A stretch of 64,000 nucleotides of DNA, from NCBI RefSeq assembly GCF_006345805.1, contig NC_043018.1:22320001-22384000 (forward strand), given 5' to 3'. The notes under the pieces were generated by a model. It saw only the letters and a program-made list of their open reading frames with translations. It ran no database searches and was not told the DNA's origin. Every line of letters begins with the position of its first letter. The first letter of the stretch is position 1. Shown here one piece after another: positions 36,929-50,226 of the stretch. This DNA comes from Octopus sinensis. Taxonomy: Eukaryota. Made by a program: the position numbers and the translations under genes.

Positions 36929-37347
36929 AAGGCGGCGAGCTGGCAGAAACGTTAGAACACCGGGCGAAATGCTTAGCGGTATTTCGTCTGCCGCTACGTT
37001 CCGAGTTCAAATTCCGCCGAGGTCGACTTTGCCTTTCATCCTTTCAGGGTCGATAAATTAAGTACCAGTTACGCACTGGGGTCGATGTAATCGACTTAAT
37101 ACCTATGACTGTCCTTGTTTGTCCCCTCTGTGTTTTACCCTTGTGGGTAATAAAGAAATAGGTATTTCATTTGTCGTTACATTCTGAGTTCAAATTCCGC
37201 CGAGGTCGACCTTTGCCTTTCATCCTTTTGGGGTCGATAAATAAAGTACCAGTTTCGCACTAGGGTCGATTTAATCGACTTAATCCGTTTGTCTGTCCTT
37301 GTTTGACCCCTCTATATTTAGCCCCTTGTGGACAATAAAGAAATATA
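36929..37347 (+). mobile_element. SINE A dimer carrying two different tail subtypes
   Basis: Units start at 36980 and 37163; unit 1 tail TAATACCTATGAC, unit 2 tail TAATCCGTTTGTC. Confidence 0.9.
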
Positions 37348-38435
37348 TATATATATATAGGAATGCCACGTCCTGTTTCTAAGTGTACCTCACTCAAAAG
37401 GTACTTTCCATGTGTTAAGCATATAATACAGAGAATCCTATTTTTACTGCCACATCGTGTTAGGTACAGTTCAACTGCGTAGTTCATTCGGCAAATGTCG
37501 CTTTCTATAACCCCAGGCTCACCGATGCGTTGTGAGTGAATTTAGTAGACGGAAACTGTGTTGAATCTCGACGCATATGTGTATGTGTGTGTTCTTGTGT
37601 TTGTCTCCTCCCCCACCTGACAACTGGTGTTGGTTTATGTGCGTCTAACCAAGCAATTCGGCAAAAGGGTTCGATAGAATAAGTACCAGACTTTCAAAAT
37701 AAGCTCGGGGTCAATTTCTGCAATGGGGGATCCCTTATCAGTGAAAAGACATTACGGCAATAACCGACAAGGTTCGAAATTCATTGCATCCAAGTAAAGA
37801 ACTTGGAAGCAAATAGAGAACGGACTAAATATTAGACAATAGCGCATTTGTTGAAGGAGGAAATATATATTTAATAATTAAATATTTCAGACACGCCATC
37901 CGCATAAACAAACGATAGGCAAATGACGTTTACATATATAATACACGGAACTTTAAACCCTCAAAAGTGAATGACTAAAATTATTATTATTATTTCAGCA
38001 AGGATAGGAGAAAATTTTAGATGTGTTTTACAAGTATTGTACCAGAATACTTGTGTAAATGTACAAAATGTTCTCAAAGCGCCCAGAATCCTCTGTAATA
38101 CATAGCAACACAGTATGGTTTCAGAATTGATGGAAGCACGCTAAGAATGCTATTCTGCCTGTGTAATCCCCAAGAAAAATACTTAGAACATAATATGGCA
38201 TTAATCATTCAATTCTAAAAATTTTGCAAAAATGTTCAAGTCACGAAAAGGGGATAAGATTCTTTAAAAAAAAAAAAAAAAAAAAAAAGGAAAAATTGAC
38301 AGTTTTGAATAATTTAAAAAATCCATCGTTTGACGATAAATTCTTAAAATGGTGTTACAGACATGGCTTCAAGCTAGAGATAAACTTTTATTAATGCAAT
38401 ATATATGAGCATGCGTGTATGTATGTGTGTGTGTG

Positions 38436-38466
<31 letters not shown>

Positions 38467-38749
38467 GGAGAGAGAGAGAGAGAGAGATGTATGCGACCGT
38501 GTATGTGCATGAATATATTATATAAGCGCACAAACACAACTCGCACATTCATATGTTATAAATACATGTATACACATATCCATTCATGTACTAACTACAC
38601 ACATGTATATAATAGCATATATATATATGCGTGTATATGCATATATATATATATTCCTTCACTGCGTCATTTTACAGCCCGGAAAGCCTTTCGCATAACC
38701 AGTGAAGAGAATGTATTATTCAGCTTCATGTGTGTGTGTGTGTGTGTGT

Positions 38750-39330
38750 GAAAGCGTGGGTGTGTGGATAGAAGTTTACTTCCGAAGCATATAGTTCCAG
38801 GTTCAATTCTACCGCGTGGCACCATGGGAAAGTGTCTTCTATTATAGCTTCTGGTCAACTAATGCCTTTTGATTGGATTTGATTGAGAAAACTGAAAGGA
38901 GCTCATCGAGTATATATAAATGTGTGTGCGTGACCCACCACCGCTTGAAACCGGTCTTGGTGTGTTTACGTCTAGTTATCTAGCGATTCGGCAAAAAAAA
39001 AATAACGATAAAATATGTACGCGGCTTTACTGAGGTCGATTCGTTCGACTAGAGCTAGCAGAAACGTTAGCACGCCGGACGAAATGCGTAGCCGTATTTC
39101 GTCTGCCGCTACATTCAGGGTTCAAATTCCGCCGAGGTCGACTTTGCCTTTCATCATTTCGAGGTCGATAAATTAAATACCAGTTACGCACTGGGGTCGA
39201 TGTAATCGACTTAATTCGTTTATTGTCTGTCCTTGTCTGTCCCCTCTATGTTTAGCCCCTTGTGGGTAATAAAGAAACATAATATACTTCAAGACGGCGC
39301 TCCAGCATGGCCGCAGTCAAAGAACTGAAA
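38750..39330 (+). mobile_element. SINE B, old copy split by a nested SINE A
   Basis: Core GGCACCATGGGAAAGTGTC; 3' end CTTCAAGACGGCGCTCCAGCATGGCCGCAGTC resumes at ~39290. Confidence 0.75.
39053..39277 (+). mobile_element. SINE A, young-tail monomer
   Basis: AGCTAGCAGAAACGTTAGCACG through GGGTAATAAAGAAA. Confidence 0.88.
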
Positions 39331-39367
39331 CATGAACGTTTATTTTCAAAGAACTTGTATTTATGTC

Positions 39368-39413
<46 letters not shown>

Positions 39414-39644
39414 GCAGATGTTTGTTCACTCAGTCTTTCGACGTCTGTAGCCAATAATCTCTGGAAGATTGCTCCAAAGTCTGATAGACGTCTGCAGAAA
39501 GTTTCTTTCCAGACAGTGCTTCTGGCATCGGTTGTAGTAGAAGCCATGAGCAGGAATTAACGAACTAGTTTTTCTAAAACTGCGTCAATAATGTTCTGGT
39601 GCTAGCATTATGTTATTCAGAAAGGTATGCGTTTTATAAAAGAA

Positions 39645-40036
39645 CTAGCAGTATCGCCCGGCGTTGCTCGGGTTTGTAAGGGAAATAACTATATAAGCAT
39701 TTTTAGAGAGTTATAGCCAAAAAATAGCAAAAACATGCATTAAAAATGGGAAAAAAAATGATGGTAATTTTTTTTTTAAATCGTTGACTCTTCGTAGACA
39801 TTTTCAGAGAGTTACTTCTCTTATATAATAGCGAAAAAAATGCTTTAAAATGGAAAAAAATGGTAATTTATTTTTAAATCGTAGGCTCATCGTAGACGCG
39901 CGCTAATACCCAGAAGGGCTCACTATGAATCACGACTATAAGATACCCGGTTTTGGTTAAACTGCACCGCAAAATGTGGGAGTAGTTAGGAATCTAAATC
40001 GTAGGAGACACACAACTTCACTTTTATATATAAAGA
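39645..40036 (-). mobile_element. Non-autonomous Helitron, 392 bp
   Basis: Minus strand A|TC...CTAG|T; same family as 11877 and 30765. Confidence 0.88.
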
Positions 40037-40559
40037 TATCAACCACGTTGAGTCTTAAGCTTTTGACTCCGCAGTTTAACGCTTTTAGCTCCGTCAATTG
40101 TAAAGATTCCAAGAGATTTATTTTGGACTGTAACGAGTTGGTTCAGTGTGATCTGTAACGGATTTATCCGGCATAGACAATCAAGATTGTTTCAGATTTG
40201 CACTTCATAATATCCTTCCTTCCACAGCATCCCAGCAATATTCTATAGCACCTCTGTAAAAGTATGTTTTGTCTAAACCAGTTTATGACAGTTTATAACC
40301 AGAAACATGTTTATGGTTATCCCCACCCCCCTCACTCTTCCAAGGAACCGGCCCTCTGTTTGCATTTAATAAACCATTTCTGATCTAGTGTTCAGCATTT
40401 ATGCTACCCATAATTTGGTATTTTTTTTTAGATCCATTAACCAGCATGGCCGCAGTCAAATGACTGAAACAACAGAAAAAAAGTACCGCATGGATTTTTC
40501 TACGATTTTCCATTTGATTGTATATGGCATGGAGTTGGTCCTTAAGCCCCATACGTGCT

Positions 40560-40800
40560 CTGCCAAGTTAGTAACCTTACTTTTGTTCATGTGCCGAAAA
40601 CTGCCTCATATACGACGGAGTTTATTGTATAAACTCAACTGCAACTTTTTCATAAAAAATTCAAATTTTTCATCCAATATCCTCTATTCTTTTCTCGTCA
40701 TTTCTCTATTTCTAGTGTCCTGGTTTCTAACTTGTATAGGCCGCGTGCTCAAAACCCGAAGATTATTCAGAGACAGTAAGCATATTATTAAAAATTGTCT
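40560..40800 (-). pseudogene. Possible Penelope-like GIY-YIG remnant
   Basis: Minus frame NNLRVLSTRPIQVRNQDTR..KFEFF weakly resembles the PLE C-terminus. Confidence 0.3.
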
Positions 40801-41238
40801 AGAAAATATCTCCAGCGTATGAAACTACTAGTTCATAACCATATATTATTTACATTAAACAATATTTATCTCTCACTGGACGAAGTACTTTTTTTTTTGC
40901 TGTTATTACTTTAATGGTAAAGTAGACTATGCACCCCCCCCACACACACACATGATATAAATATAGGCATTTATAAGTTTCATGCTCTGATAGTATAATT
41001 AATAGTCGGATGATACTAATAAACTCGGTGTTAGAACTCAGTAAGCGTATCCTTCAGAGAAAGGCGTTAGTCGAGTACAGAGCGTAGTAAGAGATAATAT
41101 AAAGGACGAGGAAACAATAACTTACATAATAAACTACAACTGTTTCTGGTGTGAGATGCAATGCACTCATAATAGCATACATTGCATCTTACAGCAGAAA
41201 CAACTGTTTGCTAATGAATTACATAACCTGTTCCCTTA

Positions 41239-41281
<43 letters not shown>

Positions 41282-41299
41282 ATAATAATTATTTGAGGG

Positions 41300-41700
41300 A
41301 ATATTATTCCTAACTTACAGGGAAAAATTCAATTTAGAAATACTAAATAAATAAAAACACCTTTTATTTTCTAGACGGTGTAATTTAATTGTTCATTTTG
41401 AATTGATAAAAGGTGTTTTTTTTTCTAATTTATATATGTATGTATATATATGGATGAATTTTTCTCATAAGGTATTGGAATCATACCATTCTGCCTAAAA
41501 AATGGATCTACAAATTCAATATCCCTACATATCTCACATCTGTTTTCTTTCCTCCACCTCACTCTCTATTTCGTATCCTATCTAAATTAACTATTACTTA
41601 ACCATCCTCTCATACCGTCTCCGATGAAGGGATATATTAAACATCCTGGAAACAGCTGTAAGAACCTCTATCTATAAATTTTCAAAAACCTACTCAGCCT
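41300..41700 (+). mobile_element. Possible Penelope-like non-autonomous repeat
   Basis: CCGATGAAGGGATAT..CCTGGAAACAGCTGTAAG resembles the CTGATGAAG..GAAAC terminal motif of PLEs. Confidence 0.35.
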
Positions 41701-41733
41701 TGGTTTTTTTTTAAATCTCATTACGATATATAT

Positions 41734-42070
41734 AAAGGCGCGTGGCTCAGTAGTTAGAGCGTCGAGCTTACGATCGTGAGGTTGTGAGCTCGAATCCCGG
41801 ACCGGGCTGCGTGTTGTGTTCTTGAGCAAGACACTTTATTTCACGTTGCTCCAGTTCACTCAGCTGTCGAAATGAGTTGCGACGTCACAGGTGCCAAGCT
41901 GTATTGGCCCCTTTGCCTTTCCCTTGGACAACATCGGTGACGTGGAGAGGGGAGACCGGTATGCATGGGCGACTGCTGGTCTTCCATAAACCAATCTTGC
42001 CCAGACTTGTGACTCAGAGGGTAACTCTCTAGGTGCAAACCCATGGTCAGTGTCTGACCGAAGGGGGTCA
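41734..42070 (+). mobile_element. SINE D, full length
   Basis: AAGGCGCGTGGCTCAGTAGTTAGAGCG through TGACCGAAGGGGGTCA; homologous to 18812-19160. Confidence 0.9.
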
Positions 42071-42719
42071 TTTCATTTCAATCATCACTGACCTCTGTGC
42101 CAAAAATTCTTTTCGCGAAAATCTATTTTCGTTATATCAGTGACAAACGCACATATATAGAGACACAACACATAAGCTCTGATATACTCGGAAGCACGCA
42201 TAGATATACTCACATACACCCATATGCATACGCTGCGTAGAAGTGCGTAAGTGCTCTGATGTGTACAGCGTCGCAAACTTCCACGAACTCCTTTATGACA
42301 TCGCTATTGATAATAGAAACACATTTGTTTATTCTATTCATTTACTGTTAGTTTAATCAGTGGAATACAAGGAAGCAAAGACGGAGGCGTGTTTTCGATC
42401 GTATACAAGCGACTCTGAGATCATTCTAGCTGTTCTGTTCAATCAATGAATAACAGTTGTGCTGTGAAGCTGGTTGCATGTACTTTCTTGTTTGATTCTC
42501 ATAACACACACACCTATGAATATATGAATATATGAGGACTATAGATGGAGAAGAATATGGTATATTCTGTGATGTGTACTTGTATGTGTCTATATTATAC
42601 ATATATATATACATACATACATACATATACAACTATACAAATTATATACGTATATACACAATGTTCTATCTACAAATTATATACAAACATTTCTGTGTGT
42701 GTATGTGCATATATTTGCA

Positions 42720-43135
42720 TACGTATATGAACATAGACACACACACACACACAGGTATATATACACACATGAAGGCAAGCAAATATATATATACATGAAC
42801 GAATTCATACACACACACAAACGTATATCACATGACATAAATGCGTTTAAATACACAGATATATTTATACACATGTACACATATATACGTATGTATTTGT
42901 TGCTACATGTGTCTGTGCGTATGTTTGCATACATATATGAACATAGACACACACACACGTATATACACACACATGAAGGCAGGCAAATATATACATACAT
43001 GAACGAATTCATAAACACACACACAAACATGTATATTACATGACATAAATGCGTTTACTTATGTACACAAATATATTTATACACATACATGTACACATGC
43101 ATACGAATGTACTTGTTCCTACATGTGTCTGTGCG
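42720..43135. repeat. Diverged ~210-bp tandem duplication of low-complexity sequence
   Basis: TATATGAACATAGACAC at ~42724 and ~42934; GAAGGCA.GCAAAT, GAACGAATTCAT and CATGACATAAATGCG recur. Confidence 0.8.
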
Positions 43136-43232
43136 TCTGTTTGTCAATTCCTATTTTCAAATAAATATTTGTACCTAAAAATTAGTTTTATTATTTACAT
43201 ATTCTTGGGCTTTTTGAATAAATACATTCATA

Positions 43233-43287
<55 letters not shown>

Positions 43288-44105
43288 AACACACGCATAT
43301 ATATGTATGCATATGTGCAATATACTATGCATTCATATGTGTAATATATGTAAGATTCGTATATTATTTATTCATATGGATTTATGCATATATACATTTA
43401 TGTATAAGTGTGTGTCCATTTTATAAATGTGCGTAAGCTTGGGTGTCTATGTGTGTGTTTTGTACAGAAGTAACTAGTTTGAAGTCAACAAATTTAACAG
43501 AAAACTTTTCTTGATAGTAGCTGACATTTTTATTGGAAATGAACTTGCAAAATATATATATATATTTTTTTGTTTTCCATATAAATATCCAATGTTTTTT
43601 AAAACTGTATAAAATTTAAGATTGTATACACACACAAAATCTTAAATTTATATATATAACAAAAGAGGCGGATAGATTTATATATACACACACAATTTAT
43701 TTATGAGGATATATCAATTTACATTTGTTCGTATCTTAAACAGATGCGTGCGCAAACACACAAAAATCTGTATTTGTCTATACACTTTGTCTTGTACTTG
43801 TTACAGTCATTGGGCGGCGGCCATGCTGGGGCATCGCCTTGAAGGGTTTCAGTCGAATAACTCGAGCCCAGTACTTATTTTTCTGAATCTCGGTAATTAT
43901 GCCGAATCTCTTTATCATGGGAATATAAACAAGCCAATACCGGTTGACAAGCAATGACGAGGGACAAAGAAACAACTACACACACACACACTACGAGCTT
44001 CCTATCTACCACATTCACACACAAGGATTAAGTGGGGCCCGAGGCTTACAACAGAAGAAACCTTGTTGCTAAGCAATCTTACCACTCAGCTACGTGTGTG
44101 TGTGT

Positions 44106-44462
44106 GTACTCTTTACTCTTTTACTTGTTTCAGTCAGCAACTCGACTCCGGGACTTATTCTTTTTGTAGGCCCAGTACTTATTCTATCGGTCTCTTTTGC
44201 CGAACCGCTAAGTAACGGGGACATAAACACACCAGCATCGGTTGTCAAGCAATGCTAGGGGGACAAAAACACACACACGCATATATAAATATACATATAT
44301 ACGACGGGCTTCTTTCAGTTTCCGTCTACCAAATCCACTCACAAGGCTTTGGTCGGCCCGAGGCTATAGTAGAAGACACTTGCCCAAGGTGCCACGCAGT
44401 GGGACTGAACCCGGAACCATGTGGTTGGTAAGCAAGCTACTTACCACACAGCAACTCCTGCG

Positions 44463-44467
<5 letters not shown>
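44106..44467 (-). mobile_element. SINE B, young copy with a deletion in the 3' module
   Basis: Reverse head CAACTCCTGCGCCT followed by (TA)n; an older SINE B lies at ~43790-44095. Confidence 0.88.
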
Positions 44468-44503
<36 letters not shown>

Positions 44504-44574
44504 TCGGGGTGAGTACTTGATAATTATAAGCACCTGTGTATACCGTTTGGTGGTGTAGGTGGTGGAGTAAATTG

Positions 44575-45065
44575 ATCAAAATAAAAACATGATGCCAAGG
44601 ATTCAGCGGTACATATGTTTCGGGCCTTTATTAGACAGATTTATAACAATGCATAATGTATGTCTGTGGCCTTCTTCAGCCGCGCACAACAGCTTCCACA
44701 AGGACATGTGTTACATCAAAAATTCTTGGTTGGGGATGCAAATCCTCTCATTCGCGTACGACATAATGCGGCAACAGCATAGAATTGAAGCGTCCATCTC
44801 TTTCTTCTCTCAATGTAGAATGAGGAAATTTGGATGTTGAAGTAATGTAAATAAATTCTATGCTGTTGCCGCATTATGTCGTACGCGAATGAGAGGATTT
44901 GCATCCCCAACCAAGAATTTTTGATGTAACACATGTCCTTGTGGAAGCTGTTGTGCGCGGCTGAAGAAGGCCACAGACATACATTATGCATTGTTATAAA
45001 TCTGTCTAATAAAGGCCCGAAACATATGTACCGCTGAATCCTTGGCATCATGTTTTTATTTTGAT
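44575..45065. repeat. Perfect 212-bp inverted duplication with a 67-bp spacer
   Basis: Arms 44575-44786 and 44854-45065 were reverse complements at every position I checked. Confidence 0.93.
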
Positions 45066-45066
45066 T

Positions 45067-45125
<59 letters not shown>

Positions 45126-45127
<2 letters not shown>

Positions 45128-45419
45128 TTGGAGAGCAAGCCACTATGCGGTCGGCCGTATGCTAGAAGTAGATCATGCTTTAAATTTTTGGCTCAAGATC
45201 AGTAATTTCAGAGAAGGGGATAAGTCGATTGCATCAAACCTCAGTGTTCAATTGGTACTCGTTTTATCATCTCCGAAAAGATGAAAGCCAATTAAATCGA
45301 GGTTTATTCGATACATTTGGTAGAGTACAAATTTATTATTATTCAACAAAAATATTGACAGACACTTCAAAGTTTCGGCTAGCTGACCAATGACTGGACT
45401 GTATATATAACACCAACAC

Positions 45420-45468
<49 letters not shown>

Positions 45469-45984
45469 CATTGTTTTATGCACTTTACGCTGTATGTGTT
45501 TATCACAGCTGTGATGGTTGAGACCGCAACTCATGATCCAAGATTGAATTATAGAGAGATAACAAAGCAGTTGCACATCATAAACTTGGATTTAAATGCA
45601 TATTATATATATATATATATAGATATATATATATATTATATATATATATATCTATATATATATATATACACACACATATAATATATATATTTGGAGAGCA
45701 AGCCACTATGCGGTCGGCCGTATGCTAGAAGTAGATCATGCTTTAAATTTTTGGCTCAAGATCAGTAATTTCAGAGAAGGGGATAAGTCGATTGCATCAA
45801 ACCTCAGTGTTCAATTGGTACTCGTTTTATCATCTCCGAAAAGATGAAAGCCAATTAAATCGAGGTTTATTCGATACATTTGGTAGAGTACAAATTTATT
45901 ATTATTCAACAAAAATATTGACAGACACTTCAAAGTTTCGGCTAGCTGACCAATGACTGGACTGTATATATAACACCAACACAT

Positions 45985-46020
<36 letters not shown>

Positions 46021-46170
46021 ATATATATATAGCATTGTTTTATGCACTTTACGCTGTATGTGTTTATCACAGCTGTGATGGTTGAGACCGCAACTCATGA
46101 TCCAAGATTGAATTATAGAGAGATAACAAAGCAGTTGCACATCATAAACTTGGATTTAATGCATATTATA
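45126..46170. repeat. Near-identical 563-bp direct tandem duplication bounded by (TA)n
   Basis: GAGAGCAAGCCACTATGCGG at 45131 and 45694. Confidence 0.92.
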
Positions 46171-46175
46171 TATAT

Positions 46176-46239
<64 letters not shown>

Positions 46240-46910
46240 TATATATATATACACATATACACACACTTAAATTACAGATGTTCACAAGCGCACACACAGA
46301 CACAGGCTTATACACAGGCCTACACAACCATGCACATATGCATATATACATACCTCTGTCGTCTCTTTCTGTGTACGTGTGTATAGAGACATATGCACTT
46401 ACATACGTATGCATACACTTGTACATATATAGATATGCATACACATAATATATATATACTTATACATTCACGTATACATAAGTACGTACTCACCCACACC
46501 AAGCGCTTTATGTGAGACGTGTTTTCATACATACGAGTATCGGAAAGTGTAAACATAGAGGTGAGGCACATTAAGATAAGATATATAGATAGACACATTC
46601 ATATCTGTGTATGTATACATACAGACATAATGTAGATACGCGTGGAATCAAGTGTATGTAGGTGCGTCGTCAATTATTCGTTATTAAAACAAAACCAGCA
46701 ACTTTTTAATATAATTCTTACACGCTTCGTTGAACATGAATAGATAAAGAAACTCTTAGAGGAGAGAGAAGATTCCACTTGGAATAATATCTGATGTTAT
46801 ATATACAAACAGAAACGGCAGACATACGTACCTACACACAAACACACATACCTTGTGTGTAAGTATATGCATGTATTTATATATGTATGTATGTATGCGT
46901 GTATGTATGT

Positions 46911-46949
<39 letters not shown>

Positions 46950-47142
46950 GTGTGTGTATTACAGGTGTTTTGTTTTTACTTATTTATAATAAAGGGAAAG
47001 GCATTTTTTTTATATGTATTATAATATATCTAAAAAATGACTTAAATGCGCGCGTGCGTCTCTGTGTGTGTATTTGTGCGTAAGAGTGTGTTCGTGTTTG
47101 TATGTCTATAAAGAAATTCAGGCTTATTTCTTATATACAATA

Positions 47143-47437
47143 TAGGCACGGCTGTGTGGTTAAGAAGCTTGGTTTGCAACCATGCACTTTCGAGTTCGAT
47201 CCCATTACGCAGCATTTTGGAAAACTGACTTACAACACAGCTCCGGGCCCGACCAATACCATGTGAATGTATTTGATAGATGCAAACTTTATAGAAGTTT
47301 CTATCGAATGACTGTGTATGTGTGCGCATGCGCACGTGTATCCGCATTTATTCCATCCACCACCTGACAACCGGTGTTGGTTCGTTTCTGTCCCCGTAAC
47401 TTTGTGGCTCATCAATGACTGGGGTCCATTTGTTCGG
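47143..47437 (+). mobile_element. SINE B, diverged and 3'-truncated
   Basis: AGGCACGGCTGTGTGGTTAAGAAGC head, TGACAACCGGTGTTGG module. Confidence 0.75.
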
Positions 47438-47439
47438 TA

Positions 47440-47630
47440 ATGGTTCTCAACCATATTTTTGCCTGTGGACCCCTTCCATTCTTATTTTACTCTACTGGTC
47501 CCTAATAAATATCTAATGCTTCAAAATGTCTCTTTTTTAATATCTAAATATTAGGAATTGCATTAAAAAATTGTTAAAATACTTTGTATAGAAGTAAAAC
47601 CAGTTTATTGCGAATCTTATATGGACCCTC
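47440..47630 (+). mobile_element. Possible hAT non-autonomous element end
   Basis: TAATGGTTCTCAACC..TTTTTGCCTGTGGACCCC resembles CAGTGGTTCTCAACC hAT termini. Confidence 0.4.
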
Positions 47631-48850
47631 CACCACCAGATTCTACTAAACAGATCCTTCTAATAAACATAAGAATTAACAAAATTTAGAATGAAAATTA
47701 CTTCTATGTCTGATACTCTAAATAGACTTCAGGGGCACAAAGCTGCGATAGAATCAAAGTATCTTTATGGCAAATTTAAAGGTTTACTCAAAGTACATTC
47801 ACAATGAAGTATTGTAGTATAAGAGACTAAATCTCTCATGACACGTACCTGGTGATATGCGGTTCATCTGGTCGTAGAAAAATTCGTCTCAAAACCATTC
47901 AGCCCGACCCATGCAAGTACGGGAAAATGGACGTTAAAACGAACGAACCTTACTCTTTAAGCGCACTGTATTGCAAATCGGACCGACAGCCTCCCACATC
48001 CTTAAACGATGATTCAAGTAAATACATCACCTTCCTCCGACACCTTCAATCTAATCTTCAATAATAATAATAATAACATAAATAACAATAATGATGCTAA
48101 TATAGTTCTGTTGCATGATATCTAAATAAGCCTTTCTCATTTTCACACCATAAAATCATTGAGTTTCTCATCTGCAGCACAAAACTCGTAAATTTCCGAT
48201 TTCGGAAATTGCTCTTCACTGAACAGAAGGAAGGCAAGCTAGGTTTAACCGGGAGAAATAGATTGGCGCAGTTTTGATCAATCTGACTCAAACGAGAGAA
48301 TGAAATTTCGAAGAGTGAGAAATTCTAAACAGTCGGCTTCATTCTCACCTTAAAGGTGTTCCAGATTTAAAATTTAAGACCAGTGTCAGAACTAGGTGGC
48401 TCATCATTAAGAAATGTTTGGATATTTGCCAAAGACCCGCGAAATCGAACTTTCTCTTGCACACCGAATTAAAAGATCAAAGATCAAATCGTAAGGTCCC
48501 CGTGTTCCAGCCTGGTCACAGTCTACGATTGACATCATCTTTTACTTGTTTCAGCCATTATACTGCGGCCAAGCTGGGGCACCACATTAATGGGTTTTAG
48601 TCGGACAGTCGATCACAGAACTTATTTTCTTAAATAAAAATTTTAAAATGGTACCTATTCTATCATTGTCTTTTGTTGAACTTCTAAGTTACAGGGATGT
48701 AAACAGACCAACACTGGTTGTCGAGCGGAGGGGACAGACATAAACATCTACCTACCTACACACACAGGAAGGACTTCTTTCAGTTTCTGTCTAACATTCA
48801 CAAGGTCTTGATCGGCCCGAAGGTATAGTATAAGATACATACATATATAT

Positions 48851-49006
48851 GAGTGGCTATGTGGTAAGTAGCTTGTTTACCAACCCCATGGTCCCGGGTT
48901 CAGCCCCACTGCGTGGCACCTTGGGCAAGTGTCTTCTACTATAGCCTCGGGCTGACCAAAGCCTTGTGAGTGGATTTGGTAGACGGAAACTGAAAGAAGC
49001 CTGTCG

Positions 49007-49039
<33 letters not shown>

Positions 49040-49175
49040 CGTGTGTGTGTTTGTGTGTCTGTGTTTGTCCCCCTAGCATTGCTTGACAACCGATGCTGGT
49101 GTGTTTATGTCCCCGTTACTTAGCGGTTCGGCAAAAGAGACCGATAGAATAAGTACTGGGCTTACAAAAGAATAA
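48851..49175 (+). mobile_element. SINE B, young copy truncated at both ends
   Basis: GAGTGGCTATGTGGTAAG through AAGTACTGGGCTTACAAAAG; an older minus-strand SINE B lies at ~48538-48830. Confidence 0.88.
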
Positions 49176-49434
49176 ATAAATGCTCAAGATGTCACGCAGA
49201 GAAACTGCATCCGAATGCATGTGGTTGGGAAGCAAGCCTCTTACCTCACAGTCATGTCTATTAGAAAACAATACGAATGAAAAGAAACTATACTGAATGT
49301 CCAGAGGAAGGTGAGCTCAACATTACTTTTGCCGTAAAGAGTAGCTAAGTATTTTAACGTAAAACCACATAAAGGCAATGCTTCTAATGTCCCCAGACTG
49401 CTTTACGGCAGTTACAGTTATTTTGCGAGGTGAT

Positions 49435-49807
49435 GGATTGAAGCACTCCGTCGGTTACGACGACGAGGGTTCCGGTTGATCCGATCAACGGAACAGCCTG
49501 CTCGTGAAATTAACATGTAAGTGGCTGAGCACTCCACAGACACGTGTACCCTTAACGTAGTTCTCGGGGATATTCAGCGTGACACAGAGAGTGACAAGGC
49601 TGGCCCTTTGAAATACAGGTACAACAGAAACAGGAAGTAAGAGTGAGAGAAAGTTGTGGTGAAAGAGTACAGCAGGGATCACCACCATCCCTGCCAGAGC
49701 CTCGTGGAGCTTTTAGGTGTTTTCGCTCAATAAACACTCACAACGCCTGGTCTGGGAATCGAAACCGCGAGTCCGCTGCCCTAACCACTGGGCCATTGCG
49801 CCTCCAC
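49435..49807 (-). mobile_element. SINE E with a 14-bp head deletion
   Basis: 13-bp TSD TTTGCGAGGTGAT at 49422-49434 and 49808-49820. Confidence 0.92.
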
Positions 49808-50003
49808 TTTGCGAGGTGATATGCTACAAAGAAACAAAATATTAATCCACAAATGAGAGTGATGCAGCATAGACGAATCTATAACAGTCCCGTTTCAATG
49901 CCATCGCGGCTTTTAAACAATCATAAACTACAATAGAGAACAGAATTTGTGAATAATGCCCAGTACTGCAACTGTCATCTTGAGGTAAGTGTTTGACACG
50001 ACG

Positions 50004-50226
50004 AGCTGGTAGAAATGTTAGCACGCCAGGCGAAATGCGTAGCCATATTTCGTCTGACGTTACGTTCTGAGTTCAAATTCCGCCGAGGTCGACTTTACCT
50101 TTCATCCTTTCGGGGTCGATAAATTAAGTGCCAGTTACACACTGGGGTCGATGTAATCGACTTAATACCTATGTCTGTCCTTGTTTGTCCCCTCTATGTT
50201 TAGCCCCTTGTGGGTAGTAAAGAAAT
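50004..50226 (+). mobile_element. SINE A, young-tail monomer
   Basis: 21-bp TSD AGGTAA(G/A)TGTTTGACACGACG at 49983-50003 and 50227-50247. Confidence 0.93.

Noticed and set aside
41734-41810. tRNA-like sequences at the heads of SINE A, B, D and E
   Set aside because: They have A/B-box-like motifs but no complete acceptor stem and run straight into SINE bodies; not tRNA genes.
44716-45138. 140-aa ORF crossing the inverted duplication
   Set aside because: It begins in a microsatellite, reads through the palindrome and has no recognisable family motif.
45186-45210. Short U2 snRNA-like match TTTTGGCTCAAGATCAG
   Set aside because: Only ~16 nt, and explained by the reverse-complemented ancestral SINE A tail.
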